Source: Chiloscyllium plagiosum
Lineage: Eukaryota
Length of the DNA stretch: 64,000 nucleotides
NCBI RefSeq assembly: GCF_004010195.1
Contig: NC_057719.1
Location: forward strand, 7,969,280 to 8,033,279
Direction: 5' to 3'
The position numbers and the translations under genes are program-made. Below, one piece after another: positions 47,201 to 60,886 of the stretch (position 1 is the stretch's first letter; each line of letters begins with the position of its first letter). Under the pieces are notes generated by a model. The model was given only the letters and a program-made list of their open reading frames with translations, searched no databases and was not told the origin of the DNA.

Positions 47201-48417
47201 ATTGACTTTAAAAATCCATTATTTCCACTAAAATTCTATCAGTTTGGGCTTTAGAGTATGTGAACAGGTAGTGAATACTTACTAAATTGTTGTTAAAGGT
47301 AGTCAGAGATCAGTGGCATTCATAATTTCCTTTTGTAATAATGAATGTATTTCTTCCCTTTTGGGTTTAAGCACCCTTTACTGATTTTGCTCAAGTTTGA
47401 TTTCTGACATTGTAAGTATACAAAGGCCATAATAGTGCTGAAATTAATTCTCTAGTTGGTAACATATCTACATCAGCTACTCTGTGCTTTGGTATTTATC
47501 TTTAGTATTTGGAATTGTGCAATAGTGGAGTGAAATAACTTTTGAGCTTGTGTTTTTCATAGTCACAGGCAGGCACTGATTTCAGTAATTAACTGCATGC
47601 AAGCTACAAAAACATATTTGTTTTATTAATAGTAATAGTTTTTGTAAATTTTGTAATAGTTTGATTTGTAGGAAAAAAGAAATCACCAAGAATTAGTAGT
47701 TTGCCTATGTATTACACTTCTCAAATTTCACACAGGTGGAATTATGAGTCTTGCTTTCTTTTCCTTTTGAACCTGCTTGAAATGAGCCCAGAAAGTCATT
47801 TTCCAAACTTCCTGTTCTCAACTGTCATCTCTTTGTAAACTGAGAACCTGAACCATGTTGTAAAATGACATTCACACATGTGATATGTTGTTAAGTGTAA
47901 TCACCTTCTTGTGTCTATGCTATTATACCTTCCTTGTTGACTAGTTTTCAGTTGTTGATGACTGCCCAAAGTTGTTGGAATCTTAATTTCAGGAAGAGAT
48001 TTAGCTTATGGGTGATGGCAGAAGTCGATACTCTTGTGGTTTGTATACCTGAAGCATTTTGTTTTTAAGAGTGTAAGAGAAAGGGCAAAGAAAATTTCCT
48101 TCAGTGTTCCTATTCCACAGAACCTAAGACCTCTTAAAGATCAGATACTGAGATTTTTTACTCCTGCCCTATCTCCAAGTCAGCACTGAGGATTAAGTGT
48201 CCCTATCAGTTTCCAAATGGTAACCTGATGAAACCATTCTGATGATTAAGTTATGATGCTCTGTAATACTATCCAGTTCCACCCCATCTACAACTTCTCC
48301 AAGTCACACACCATTCTGTTTCAGAAATTGTTGTTGTTTCTTCATTGTCAGACCACCTTCTTCAGGACAATTTAAAGGTGGGAAATAAAGACTGGCCCTA
48401 CCAGTGGTACTCACAGG

Positions 48418-48640
48418 TTGGTTAGTTCAGTTGGCTGGACAGCTGGTTTGCAATGCAGAGTGATGCCAACAGCACGGGTTCAGTTGCTGCACTGCTGTGG
48501 TTACCATGAAGGTTCCACCATCTCAACCTCACCATTGCCTGAGGTGTGGTAACCCTCAGGTTAAACTTCCAACAGTCGTCCCCTCTAATAAGAGAGCAGC
48601 CTATGATCTGTTAAAACTATGGTGACTTTAATTTTGTTAC
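48418..48640 (+). mobile_element. tRNA-derived SINE
   Basis: Box A tagttcagttgg, box B gggttcagtt, internal hairpin cctgagg...cctcagg, tail ctatggtgacttta. Confidence 0.78.
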
Positions 48641-48859
48641 TTACACACACTCTATTGATGATAAACATGTCATTTAAAATTTTAATTTTTGTGTTAAATC
48701 CCTTCATGGGCTTGATTGTAATCACTTCCAACAATAGAACTATAACTCTGCCCTGAGCTCTTCATTAAATGATACAAATGCATTAGGACCATTTCGTACA
48801 GAATTCACTTGACTGATACGTGGGTTTAGAGTTGGGGGGAGCAGGAAAGTAATGGTGTT

Positions 48860-49360
48860 AGCATATGCAGAAAAGTTGGACTTGCTGGGTTTATACCAAT
48901 TGGAGTTTAGAAGAATAAGAGATGATTTTAATGTGATACTTATGGCCATGAGAGAGGCTATCACTGTTTAAAAAGTGTTCTGTAGCAGAGCTACATTAGA
49001 TTTGAAATGTTAACTCTGTTTCTCTTTTCACAAATGCCTGAAGACCTGCTGTGTTTCTTCAGCACTTTCTGTTTTTACCTTAAAAAAAACTTCTTCCATT
49101 TAAGATGGAGCTGAGGAGGAATTTTCTTTTAAAGGGTTGTGAATCTTTTCACCTCTGTCCTTCAGAAAGCAGTGGAGGCTGGGTCATTAGCTATTGATTC
49201 TTGACTTACAAGGTAAATTGATTCTTGACTTACAAAGGAGTTGAGGTTATCAGAACATAGGTAGGAGTTGTGGCCTCAATTATGTTAACCATGTTCTTAT
49301 TGAATGGTGGAGCACGTTTGAGGAGCTGAATGGTCTTCTCCTCTTCCTAATTTATGTGTT
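48860..49360 (+). mobile_element. CR1 3' fragment containing a decayed family-C Penelope-like remnant (about 48975-49080)
   Basis: ggagtttagaagaataagag; gaaatgttaactctgtttctc...gacctgctg...cagcactttctgttttt. Confidence 0.7.
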
Positions 49361-49651
49361 TTTACTTTGAGCCCAGCTTTTCATGCAGTCTTTGCTTCAT
49401 TCTACTTTTCTCCTTAACAGTAACTGATTAATTCTGGCACCAAATACAGTTTGCAACACTCTCCATTTATTTGTAATCAACCAATTCCAAATATGTGCAA
49501 TATATTTCAACTGCAAGCATGAACTTTAAGCAGAGAAAGAAACAATATTATCCAACTATTTTCCCCAAATAGAAATATGAGCCGTGTTGGTCCTTTCAGA
49601 ACAGAATGCACTCTCTCCAGCTCACTATTAAGAGCTTAGGATCTTTAAAGT

Positions 49652-49793
49652 CGAAGAGTGTGGTGCTGGAAAAGTACAGTCAATCAGGCAGCACTTGACT
49701 CTCCTCCTCCTCGGATGTTGCCTGACTGCCTGTGCTTTTCCAGCACCACACTCTTCGACTCTGATCTCCAGCATCTGCAGTCCTCACTTTCTC
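49652..49793. mobile_element. Penelope-like fold-back cassette (family A) lacking the hammerhead
   Basis: 17-bp TSD cttaggatctttaaagt (49635-49651, 49794-49810); inverted arms agtcgaagagtgtggtgctggaaaag / cttttccagcaccacactcttcgact; tail ctgatctccagcatctgcag. Confidence 0.88.
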
Positions 49794-50365
49794 CTTAGGA
49801 TCTTTAAAGTTTGTATCTCACAAAGTTTGTTACTCTCAGTAGTAAATAATTTTGAGGTGACACGTGTTGATGGAGCACGGGAAAAATTTCTGGCTGTAAC
49901 AGGCTGCTCCTTTTTTGAGGTATTTTAGGTGTTGGAGGTGATTTCCTCGAATTCCAGGAGCAGCAATTACTGTTTTATGTGCTATTGCGATTGTTTTGGA
50001 ACTTTGAACAAGAAAGTTAAAACAACAGCACTTTTACAAGGGAGAAAGACAGACAAAGGCAGCAAGCACATGATCTGTAAGGGAGAGAGAGAAATTAACC
50101 CACACTGCTAACTGACACAGCAGTAAATCTGCACAGTTACTGCCTTCGCTGTTTGAATTCATGTATTACTGGACATCAGAATGTGTTGAGGAAAACTTAA
50201 CAAACAGCGAAATTCACAACTGATCTTGGAGGAACCTGTTTGGGAGAGGTCACAGCACAGAAACAGATAAGTAAATAGATTTAAGTATAGCCTTGCTGTG
50301 AATCTACAACAGTGAGTACAGTGGGTTCTTTCTTGATTATATGTTTTTATTTTGGACTCTGTCTC

Positions 50366-50695
50366 GAGGGGCATGGATCTTTTCCCTGGGGTCGGGGAGT
50401 CCAGAACTAGAGGGCATAGGTTTAGGGTGAGATGGCAAGGATATAAAAGAGACCTAAGGGACAACGTTTTCACACAGAGGGTGGTACATGTGTGGAATGA
50501 GCTGCCAGAGGTGGAGGCTGGTACAATTGCAACATTTAAGTGGCATTTGGATGGGTATATGAATAAGAAGGGTTTGGAGGGATATGGGCCGGGTGCTGGC
50601 AGGTGGGACTAGATTGGGTTGGGATATCTGGTTGGCATGGATGGGTTGGACCGAAGGGTCTGTTTCCATGCTGCACATTTCTATGACTCTATGAA
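50366..50695 (+). mobile_element. 5'-truncated HER1/CR1 copy nested in the 5' region of the large LINE
   Basis: Closely resembles about 54130-54492 and ends in ctatgactctatga. Confidence 0.88.
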
Positions 50696-50987
50696 TCTTG
50701 ATTAGATTTTAAAAATATAAGCCATAAGTATTAAGTTAGCCTGGAGCAGTGTTTTGTAGAGCAATAAGACCTGCAGTCAGGTAGGGAGGTTAACTCTAAG
50801 AAAGGTAGGAGAGGTAGGTGGGTAATATAGGAGTCTTCTGTGGCAATCTCCATTTCAAACAAGTATGCTGTTTTAGAAAATGTAGGGGGGTGATGGACTT
50901 TCAGGGGAATGTAGCACGAACACCCAAGTTTCTGGTATCAAGACTTGCTCTAATGTAATGAGGGGTACATCGGGTTGCAAGTGATCG

Positions 50988-51491
50988 ATTGTGTTATGGG
51001 ACTCTGTAGTCAGGGGCACATACAGACGTTTCTGCGGCTAGCAACGAAAAATCAGAATGGTGTGTTGCCTTCTTGTTGCCAGGATCAAGGATGTCTCAGA
51101 GAGGGTGCAGAATGTTGATAAAGGGGAGAGGGACCAGCAGAAGGTCATTGGTCACATTGGTACCAACGATATAGGAAGGGAAAAGGATGAGATTCTGAAG
51201 GGAGAATATGGCAAGTTAGGCAGGACTTTAAAAAAGAGGTCCTCAAGGGTAGTAATATTTGGGTTACTCCCGACGCTACAAGCTAACGGGGATAGGAATA
51301 GGAGGATAGGGCACATGAATGTGTGGCTGAAGAGCTGGTGTATAGGAGAAGGATTCACACTTTTGGATCATTGGAATCTCTTCTAGGGTAGAAGTGAGCT
51401 GTACAAGAAGGACGGATTGCATCTGAATTGGAAGGAGACTAATATACTGGCAGGAAGATTTGCTAGAACAGCTTGGGAGGATTTAAACTAA
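50988..51491 (+). pseudogene. CR1 ORF1 SGNH/GDSL esterase domain with two in-frame stops
   Basis: One frame: IVLWDSVVRG (decayed GDS), HIGTND (block III), DGLHLN (DxxH), ending EDLN*. Confidence 0.88.
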
Positions 51492-51630
51492 TAAGGTGGG
51501 GGGGGGGGTTGTGTGGGACCCAGGGAGATAGTGAGGAAAGAGATCAGTCTGAGACTGATACAGTTAAGAACAGAAGCGAGTCAAACAGTCAGGGCTGGCA
51601 GAAACAAAGCAGAGAACAAGATAGGACTGA

Positions 51631-54350
51631 TAAATTAAACTGCATTTATTTCAATGCAAGGGGCCTAACAGAGAAGGCAGATGGACTCGGCATGGTTAGG
51701 ACAATGGGACTGGGATATCATAGCAATTACAGAAACATGGCTCAGGGATGGACAGGAACAGGCAGCTTAATGTTCCGGGATACCAACGCTATAGGAAGGA
51801 CAGAAAGGGAGGCAAGCGAGGAGGGGGAGTGGCATTTTTGATAAGGGATAGCATTACAGCTGTACTTAGAGAGGATATTCCTGGAAGTACATCCAGGGAA
51901 GTTATTTGGATGGAACTGAGAAATAAGAAAGGGATGATCACCTTATTGGGATTGTATTATAGACCCCCTAATATTCGCCAGGAAGTTGAGAAACAAATTT
52001 GTAAGGAGATCTCAGTTACCTGTAGGAATAATAGGGTGGTAATGGTAGGGGATTTTAACTTTCCAGACATAGACTGGGACTGCCATAGTGTTAAGGGTTT
52101 AGATGGAGAGGAATTTACTAAGTGTGTACAAGAACATTTTCTGAGTCAGTATGTGGATGTACCTACTAGAGAAGGTGCAAAACTGGACCTACTCTTGGGA
52201 AACAAGGCAGGGCAAATGACTCAGGTGTCGGGGGTGGGGGAAGCACTATACAGCCGATGACCTTAATTCTGTTAGTTTTAAAATAGTGATGGAAAAGAAT
52301 AGACCAGATCTAAAAGTTGAAGTTCTAAATTGGAGGAAGGCTAATTTTGACGGTATTCGGCAAGAACTTTCAAAAGCTGATTTGGGGCAGATGTTCGCGG
52401 TTAAAGGGATGGCTGGAAAATGGAAAGTCTTCAGAAATGGGATAATGAGAGTCCAGAGAAAGTATATTTCTGTTGGGGTGAAAGGAACGGCTGGTAGGTG
52501 TAGGGAATGCTGGATGACTTGAGAAATTGAGGGTTTGGTTAAGACAAAGGAAGCATACTTCAGGTATAGACAGGAGAAATCGAGTGAATCTTTAAAAGAG
52601 TATAAAGGCAGTAGGAGTATACTTAAGAGGGAAATCAGGAGGGCAAAAAGGGGGCATGAGATAGCATTGGAAATTGGGTAAATGAGAATCCAAGGGGATT
52701 TTATAAATACATTAAGGACAAAGGGGTAACTAGGGATAGTATAGGGCAAGGCAAGCCTATGTGTGGAGCTGCAGGAGATGGGGGAGATACTAAATGAGTA
52801 CTTTGCATTAGTATTTACTGTGGAGAAGGACATGGAAATAGTGGGGAAATAGATTGTGACATCTTGAAAAATGTCCATATTGCAGAGGAGGAAGTGCTGG
52901 ATGTCTTGAAACGCATAAAGGTGGATAAATCCCCAGGAGCTGATCAGGTGCACCCTAGAACTCTGTGGGAAGTTAGGGAAGTGATTGCTGGGTCCCTTGC
53001 TGAGATATTTATATCATCAATCGTCACAGGGGTGAGGTGCCAGAAGACTGGAGGTTGGCTAACATGGTGCCATTATTTAAAAAAGGTGGTAAGGACAAGC
53101 CAGAAAACTATAGACCGGTGAGCCTGACGTCAGTGGTGGGCAAGTTGTTGGAAGGAATTCTGGGGGGACAGGATGTACATGTATTTGGAAAGGCAAGGAC
53201 TGATTAGGGATAGTCAACATGGTTTTGTGCGTGGGAAATCATGATTGAGTTTCTTGAAAAGTAACAAAGAGGATTGATGAGGATAGAGCAGTGGATGTGA
53301 TCTATATGGACTTCAGTGAGGCGTTCAACAAGGTTCCCCATGGGAGACTAGTTAGCAAAGTTAGATCGCGTGAACCACAGGGGAAACTATCCATTTGGAT
53401 ACAGAACTGGCTCAAAGGTAGAAGACAGAGGGTGGTAGTGGAGGGTTGTTTTTCAGACTGGAGGCCTGTGACCAGTGGAGTGCCACGAGGATCGGTGCTG
53501 GGTCCACTACTTTTCGTTATTTATATAAATGATCTGGATATGAACATAGTAGGTATAGTTAGTAAGTTTGCAGATGACACCAAAATTGGAGGTGTAGTGG
53601 ACAACGAAGAAGGTTACCTCACAGTACAATGGGATTTTGATCAGATGGGCCAATGGGCTGAGGAGTGGCAGTTGGAGTTTAATTCAGCTCGATGCAAGGT
53701 GCTGCATTTTGGGAAAGCAAATCTTAGCAGGACTTGTACACTTAATGGTAAGCTCCTAGGGAGTGTTGCTGAACAAAGCGACCTTGGAGTACAAATTCAT
53801 AGCTCCTTGAAAGTAGAGACGCAGGTAGATAGGATAGTGAAGGAGGCGTTTGTTATGCTTTCCTTTATTGGTCAGAGTGTGGAGTACAGGAGTTGGGAGG
53901 TCACGTTACGGCTGTACAGGGCATTGGTTAGGCCACTGTTGGAATATTGCATGCAATTCTGGTCTTCCTATCGGAAAGATGTTGTGAAACTTGAAAGGGT
54001 TCAGAAGAGATTTACAAGGATGTTGCCAGGGTTGGAGGATTTGAGCTATAGGGAGGCGCTGAATAAGCTGGGGTATTTTCCCTGGAGCGTCAAAGGCTGA
54101 GGGGTGACCTCATAGAGGTTTATAACATCATGAGGGGCATGGATAGGATAAATAAATAAAGTCTTTTCCCTGTTTTGTGGGAGTCCAAAACTAGAGAGCA
54201 TAAGTTGAGGGTGAGAGGGGAAAGATATAAAAGAGACCTAAGGCACAATTTCTTTTCACACAGAGGTTGGTGTGTGTATGGAATGAGCTGCCAGAAGAAG
54301 TGGCGGAGGCTGTTACAATTGCAACATTTAAAAGGCATCTGGTTGGGTGT
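51631..54350 (+). pseudogene. CR1 ORF2 (APE endonuclease plus reverse transcriptase), frameshifted
   Basis: CIYFNAR, RGGGVA, YYRPPN, GDFNFP, LDLLL, KSPGADQVHPR, SGVPRGSVLGPLLF, FADD, RPLLEYC across consecutive ORFs. Confidence 0.95.
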
Positions 54351-54859
54351 ATGAATAGGAAGGGTTTGGAGGGATATGGGCCAAGTGCTGGCAAATGGGA
54401 CTAGATTTTGTTGGGATATCTGGTCAGCATGGACGAGTTGGACCGAAGGGTCTGTTTCTGTGCTGCACATCTCTATGACTCTCTGACTCTATAAGTGTTA
54501 TTGTGAATAAGAACAAGCCCTAAATCCTTTGCCCCACTAGAAAGGACACATTTCCTTCAAAATAGCACAGGTAATGGTTTTCCATTTTTCAGTTATTGTT
54601 CTGCTTCTTATCTCAAAATTGCCTGGGGTAACTTTGGCCATGTGGCCACGAAAACAAGTTAAGAGACACATATCTTTTATGTCTTCATTTTGTTTTCAGC
54701 CAATGGCTAAATCCCAAAATGAGCTAGCTACATAACCTTAAAGCATCCTAGAAATGAACAATTGTGAATCAATTTCATTAAGTAGAATGAAACAAAAATC
54801 TTAAATCCTATGAGATTAAATGCAATCCCCACTCTTGCGTATATGTGCTGTAATAGCAT

Positions 54860-55250
54860 TCACACAGTGGTTTTGTTCCTGGCCAAGTAATCCGAAGGCC
54901 TGGACACTTAATTGGAAACATGAACTCAAATCTTACGACAGCAGGTGGGGAATTTGCAGTCAATTAATAAAATAAATGTGGAATTAAGAGTTAGTATCAG
55001 TAACGGTGACCACAGAAACTAATGAATTGTTATTAAAATTCTGAGTACTTACTTATTTTCCGGGTAGAAAATCTGCTGTCCTTACCCGGTCTAGCCTATA
55101 TGAAACTCCAGCCTCACAGCAGTGTTGTGACTCTTAACTGCCCTCTGAAATGGTCTCACACACTACTTGAAAATGTAATACCTTCTTAAGGGCAATTAGG
55201 TTTAGGTAATAATTCTGGACTTGCCAGTGATACTCACAGTGGTGAAATGA
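54860..55250 (+). mobile_element. Decayed tRNA-derived SINE of the family at 37460
   Basis: gcaggtggggaatttg...ctccagcctcacagcagtg...gactcttaactgccc...gggcaattagg. Confidence 0.65.
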
Positions 55251-56229
55251 TGCAAAAAATGTCTCCCCAACCAGGATATCCTTACAACTCCAAAATTCCC
55301 TACTTTGTCTCTTTCTCCTTCTTTAAATTCATGCTATGCCCCCTCAACCCTTTTCCAAAATAAAACCTCATCTTAAACTGTTCTGCTTTAGCTTTGTGTC
55401 TGTATTGTCTAATTATGTTTCTGTAAACCACCTCAGGACGATGTTTCTAATGTTAAAGATACTACATGATTAAAAGTTGATATAACAGGTGACATGATAT
55501 TAAAATATCGTGGAACTAATAATCTACCTTCTGTTTAGCCAATTTACAGGATACTGTTTTTATGCGAGTGTTGTATTTTAAGACTGCTAATAAAATGTGT
55601 GCAGTTAAGATTGCAAAGGAAATTCATGTGTTAAAGTGTCATGCAAAAGTTTAGTGGTTTATTTGTTCTTCTATATACGTACAGTGTTGAACCCTGGTGT
55701 GATGGGAACAACGCTAAAGTTCACAGAAATTGATTGAGACATCAACTGCAATCGTTCTTGGCAGGTAGTGCCTGAAAACTAGGTTTCCCTGTCAGTACAG
55801 TTGCTTCATACACAAATAAATCGTTAGCATTTGCTTCAGGGTAATGACCCTCAGATTATATAATGCAAGATTAAAATTTCATGGAAAAATATGAACAGAG
55901 AGAAAACAGTAAGAAAAATCTTTTTAAGTTACAGTATTACTGCATTCTTTTGCAAGAAATGGAAGAATAAAATTACAGCCAATTAATTTTTGTTTTTACT
56001 GAGTTGGGTGCTTGACATGGACAACCGTGGAGATCTCAAGCCAAACTCAAGCAAAATGAGATTTGGAAAATCTATTTGCTTGTTATGAAGTTCTCCATGA
56101 GGACCCACTCATTTATTCAAATCTACAAAACTTAAGCATCTATTAGCAGAGGTTACGCTTGTGGATTCTCAGCCTGCCACTGGCTTTTAAGCAGAAAAAC
56201 CAGTGTGGCTTACCAGTACTGAGCATTCC

Positions 56230-56410
56230 CTGCTGCTTGTGCATGACCACTTGACTTGTCAAATAAATTGAGGGCTAAATATTGGCCATGTCACTGGAAA
56301 TAATTTCCTCGCTCTTGTATGAAATCGTGTCATAGGATCTTTTATATCCACCTGAAAGGCAGATAGGATCTTGGTTTAACATCTCACACAAAATGAAGCA
56401 TCTCCAACAG
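56230..56410 (-). mobile_element. Deu-SINE core fragment
   Basis: ttgagggctaaatattggcca...ggatcttttatatccacctga...ggtttaacatctca...gcatctccaacag. Confidence 0.65.
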
Positions 56411-57292
56411 ATATAAAAAGCTCAGGATCCAGAAACAATTGCTTTGTTGGTCTGGTGGATAAAGCAGCACTTTGTGTGGAACCAAGATGGCTCTAGAATG
56501 CAGTGGTTGGTCTTTGCTTAACAACTGATTTTAACCTAGGGAGTGCCTCAAGAGATTTATATTGACATTGCCGTTCTTGGTTAAGGACTCTAATAAATCA
56601 GAAAATACTCCCTCTCCTTCACTAACTGCAAATCTTTTCTTCTTTTAATAAAATTCTTCTTGAAAGTCAGGGAATTATGGCATTAAAACCTGCAGTTGTG
56701 TGAGGAACTAGCAGAAGAAGAGGAGTGGGTAGTGATTGGCAGAGGCTCAAATTGTGTAAATTTGTGGATAGTATCAAGTTGGCAAATAAAGTTAGGGGGT
56801 GTTCAACTCTTAACTGGTTGGACAATTACCAGTGGGAAAAATCAGAGCTTGTAGAATGATCTGAGTAGGTTAATAAATGCTAAAGCTGCAGGGCTTTTCT
56901 GTAGGCGGTTTGACTGCTTGACTGGAACAGAATGGCCTCCTTGTTGCAGTTTATCTTTATGACTGCAGCAATAGGCATCTTTAGGAGAAAAAGGGAGAAC
57001 TTTGGAAAAGAAGAGTATTGCCATCTTCAAAATGTCCCCTAACCTACAATATAAACATATCTGTTCCTTAGGTAATTCAGAACGTTAGATTAGTAGCCAA
57101 CAAAGCTTCCCTGAAAAAGAAATGACGAAAAGGTACCGTTTCTGGCTGCAATATTGTCAAGTATTATTTTACTGCAATACAGAGCACTGATAATACAGTG
57201 AGCTTGAACGGATTGCGAATAATGGCAGTGTCACGTATGATGGCTGTACTAAAGAAATCATTGCCACTGCCAGGGCCTCAGGACAAATCAGA

Positions 57293-57548
57293 TAGAGTCA
57301 CAGAAATGTACAGCACGGCAACATTCCCTTCAGTCCAACACATCCAAGCTGACCAGATATCCTAAATTAATCTAGTCCCATTTGCTAGCACTTGGTCCAT
57401 ATCCCTCTAACCCCATATAGCCATCCAGATGTCTTTTAAATGTTGTAATGGTGCCAGCCTCTACCACTTCTGGCAGCTCTTTCCATACACACCACCCTCT
57501 GCATGAAAATGTGCTCTTTAGGTCCTTTTTAAATCTTTCCCCTCTCAC
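57293..57548 (-). mobile_element. HER1/CR1 3' tail
   Basis: atagagtcacagaaatgtacagcacgg...ctagtcccatttgc...cacttctggcagct. Confidence 0.85.
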
Positions 57549-60500
57549 TGTGGATTCTTTTCTTTGGGCCAGATTTGTACAAAAATGTTATTCTTTCAGT
57601 ACTTTGCAGACCACTGCTGGTGGTCTCTGGTTACTCGATTCACATATGTTTCACTTGACACAAGTTTAGAATTATGGAAATTCCAGTCTCCTGCTCTCCC
57701 TTTCTCTGTGTTTCATCAAAGCAGTGTTGCCATCTTTAGCAAAGTTTATTTGTCATACTTAGGTGATTGCCATGCATTATCTTTATATGTTTGTTATAAT
57801 ATTCAACGAGTATGTCTAACCTGTTATAAGGTTCATCATAATTAGTGTTGGTTTCAGATTGAGCAATTTATTGTCTCTTGTTTTACTTCTATTTTAGTTT
57901 ATAGTTCTAACTTAGTAATTAAAAACGTAATTTGTAACTCTTAATTAGTAACATAAACTGCTTCTACAGAATTATGGAGCACTAGAGAGACAGTTTGGCC
58001 CATTTTACCGGTACCCAGTGCTTTGAAAGATCTATCCAATTCATTCCACTCCCCTTATAATTCCCCGTCCTGCAAACATTTCCCTTTCAAATCTACATCC
58101 AATTCTATTTTGCTTAGATTTTATCACCCATCATGAAATCAATCAGAACCCTGATGTGGATGTATTGGATTTATAATTCCAAAGCTTTTTATTCAAAAGA
58201 GAACTGCCATAACCAAAACTTAGCTGTGCTTATAAGTTGTGTGACGGTCTGAGCAGTCACATGTGGACTCATAGACTGTGATACCTGTACAGAGTCATGC
58301 AAACTTCATACAGCAAGACTAAAATGAAAGAGATAATGAGAGACTGACTACGCCATCCCAATGCCCCACCAGGAAGACAGCTCCCAAAGATATATTATTG
58401 TTCTCCACTTCCAGGGATATATGAAGTGATGGGTTAAAAACCGAATGCAAGTGTTTCTGTGTTAGTGGCCTGACGTGCTAGGCTGTGGGCCAGTTGCTGT
58501 GAAGGTCACAGCTTGAGAACGCCCCAATGCGAAGGGGAAAAAGTAAAATATTTTCTCTTGGTCTGAATGCTGTGAGCCATCCTACTGCCAGAAGGACCCA
58601 GGATAAATGAATTTCAATGAATGTACAAATAAACAAAGGATCTCAAAATCAACTGTTCAACTCCTAATATTCGTATGACAGGTACCATCCCATGTTTTGG
58701 TCACAGTGTCCCACTATCATTCTTATGAATAACTTGAAGATTGATCCAAATATCTTTCTTTGGCCACACTTGTTATTCCTCGTTTATGTGTTGTATTATT
58801 ATTTCTTTATGTGTGAAAGCCTGGTTAAATTGGCATCTTTTTACAGCATAGATTCATTTTGTCTGAGATAAAGGTATCTGCAAGGGAAGGAATTCTTTCA
58901 AAAGTAATCTTATTGCAACCAATTGAAGAGATGTGTGAATGAAGTAGGGGAGCCAAGTCATCCCTTTTCATCCAGGACCTTAATTATTTGGAGTATCCCA
59001 TCTGTAAAGTAACAAATTGGGGAACCTTACACAGGGACTGGTTGCAACAGTCATACTCTTAATTTTGTTTGGACTTATATTCCCCTGATGCCAACCCTTA
59101 CAAAATTAGTGTCTGTATTTCTGAGCTGCTTTCATTTGGAGGGTTTGGCTTAGATGGTTTTTGTTGTGAAAGCAAACACAGATTTGGAAAGAAAGTTAAC
59201 AGCCAGCAGATGTACCCACTGACTCTGAAATTGCTGAGCTGTGAAGTATTTTGAATCTGTGGTTTACACACAAGCAGATGACACATAGCGAAGAGCACAG
59301 TGCACTGGCACTGTGTGCCAAGGAGTGATATGGTAGTGATCGATGTGTGAGGTCGTTGGCATTGGGACTCTGTTTTCACTTTGTACCAGAGGCCAATTCA
59401 GTCAGAGCAGCACTTTAAAACTGTCTAAAAAGTTATCGCTAATTATTATTGACAAAATAACACTGACCATTGACTACATCCTACATACTTAACCTTTAAC
59501 TTGCACAATCAATTACAATATATTTACCGCACAAAGGCAGGCCTCCTGGTCCAAAAGGCTCATGCTGAATTTATGCTCCAAATGAGCCTTTCACCACCAT
59601 TTCATATCTAACCCTATCATCACATTGTTCTATTCCTTCTACATAACTGGATGAATCTATACTGCTCACTTCAACAACTATTTGTGCTTGGAGAATTGGA
59701 GACGATGGGCCAAAGAGTATTTTTCTTTGCAGTAGACCTCTGTGTTTAGACCTTCTCTGGGTAAAGATGTTTCTTCTGAATTCCCTTTTGGAGTTATTAG
59801 TGGCCATCATATTTGTAGTCTCCCTTACAAATCAAAACAACATGTGTCTAAATCCCCTGTCTCTGCAACTTTACCTTACCAAGCAGCATATTAGTAGAGT
59901 GTGGAGGAGTAGAGTTGGATGGCACTGCAGGGGTGTTCTGCTGTCAGCCACATACCTTTGCTGGTATTTGATCAGGGGCTGATTGGTGTCAGGAGGTTGC
60001 CTGCTGTCAGGATGCTGGAAGTTTTTAAGTTGCTGAACAATGACCAACCCTGATGATGTGGAGGGCCTCCACCACCGTAAAGAAAGATGTGACCTCTCCC
60101 GCAGGCCCTCCCGCATCCTATTACAGCCTCACCCTTTCAGTAGGGCTGCTAGCGAGATAACACACTTATTGGTTTCTACTCTTGTTCAATGACAGGGAGT
60201 GAAGACCATCTGATAGCTGGTAGTTATCATCTGATGTGAGGCGGAGTGACTGATGGCTATAAAATCTAATCAAAGATTTCTGGTACAGTAAAATCATAAT
60301 GAACCTATTTGTAATTGCAAAGATTTCCTGCACCTCAGACTACTTTTTTCTAAGTTTAAAAAACACCGCAATATGTTCAATCTTTAATGATGGGTATAGT
60401 TTTTGAGCTCTGACATGACTCTAGTAAATCTTGTTTGCAATTTCTCCAGTAACTCTGTTTTAAAATATGGAGTCTTATAGTGTTGTGTGATCTAACAACT

Positions 60501-60886
60501 CAGGACTGGGCATCCATGAACCTTGGTGGCCCATCAGCAGCAAAGTCCGATTCAATTACAAATTGTAACCTTGAAGGCCCAGCAAATCACCTATCTGTCA
60601 TTACCACCAAATCCATCAACCCCAGTTCAATGAAGGTACAGGAGGGCACATCAGGAACAGCACCAGTCATACCTAACAACAAGGTATGACTGCTTTGATG
60701 AAGCAGTAACACTGGATTGCCTGTGGGCCATGCAGTGAAAGCATTATATAATCTACAGAGCTTAGCATTCTCACAGTTAACAGAACAGATCAGTTATGTC
60801 GCATCCAGTTATGAATGGTGGTGAGCAATTAAACAATTGAAAGGAGGAGGAGGAGGAGGATCCACAAATATTCCCATTCTCTGCAA

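Larger units (their letters stand above)
49815..54492 (+). mobile_element. Near full-length HER1/CR1 LINE (inactive); 5' boundary approximate
   Basis: Putative 5' UTR, ORF1 esterase, ORF2 endonuclease and RT, tail ggaccgaagggtctgtttc...ctctatgactctctgactcta. Confidence 0.9.

Noticed and set aside
49194..49235. 18-bp direct repeat ttgattcttgacttacaa with 24-bp period
   Set aside because: Local slippage duplication inside a decayed CR1; two copies only, not a CRISPR-like array.
52246..52953. 235-aa minus-strand ORF
   Set aside because: Antisense frame of CR1 ORF2.
50366..54492. Direct repeats around an RT ORF suggesting an LTR retrotransposon
   Set aside because: The repeats are LINE 3' tails; the interior has an APE endonuclease and CR1 RT, with no integrase or TG..CA ends.
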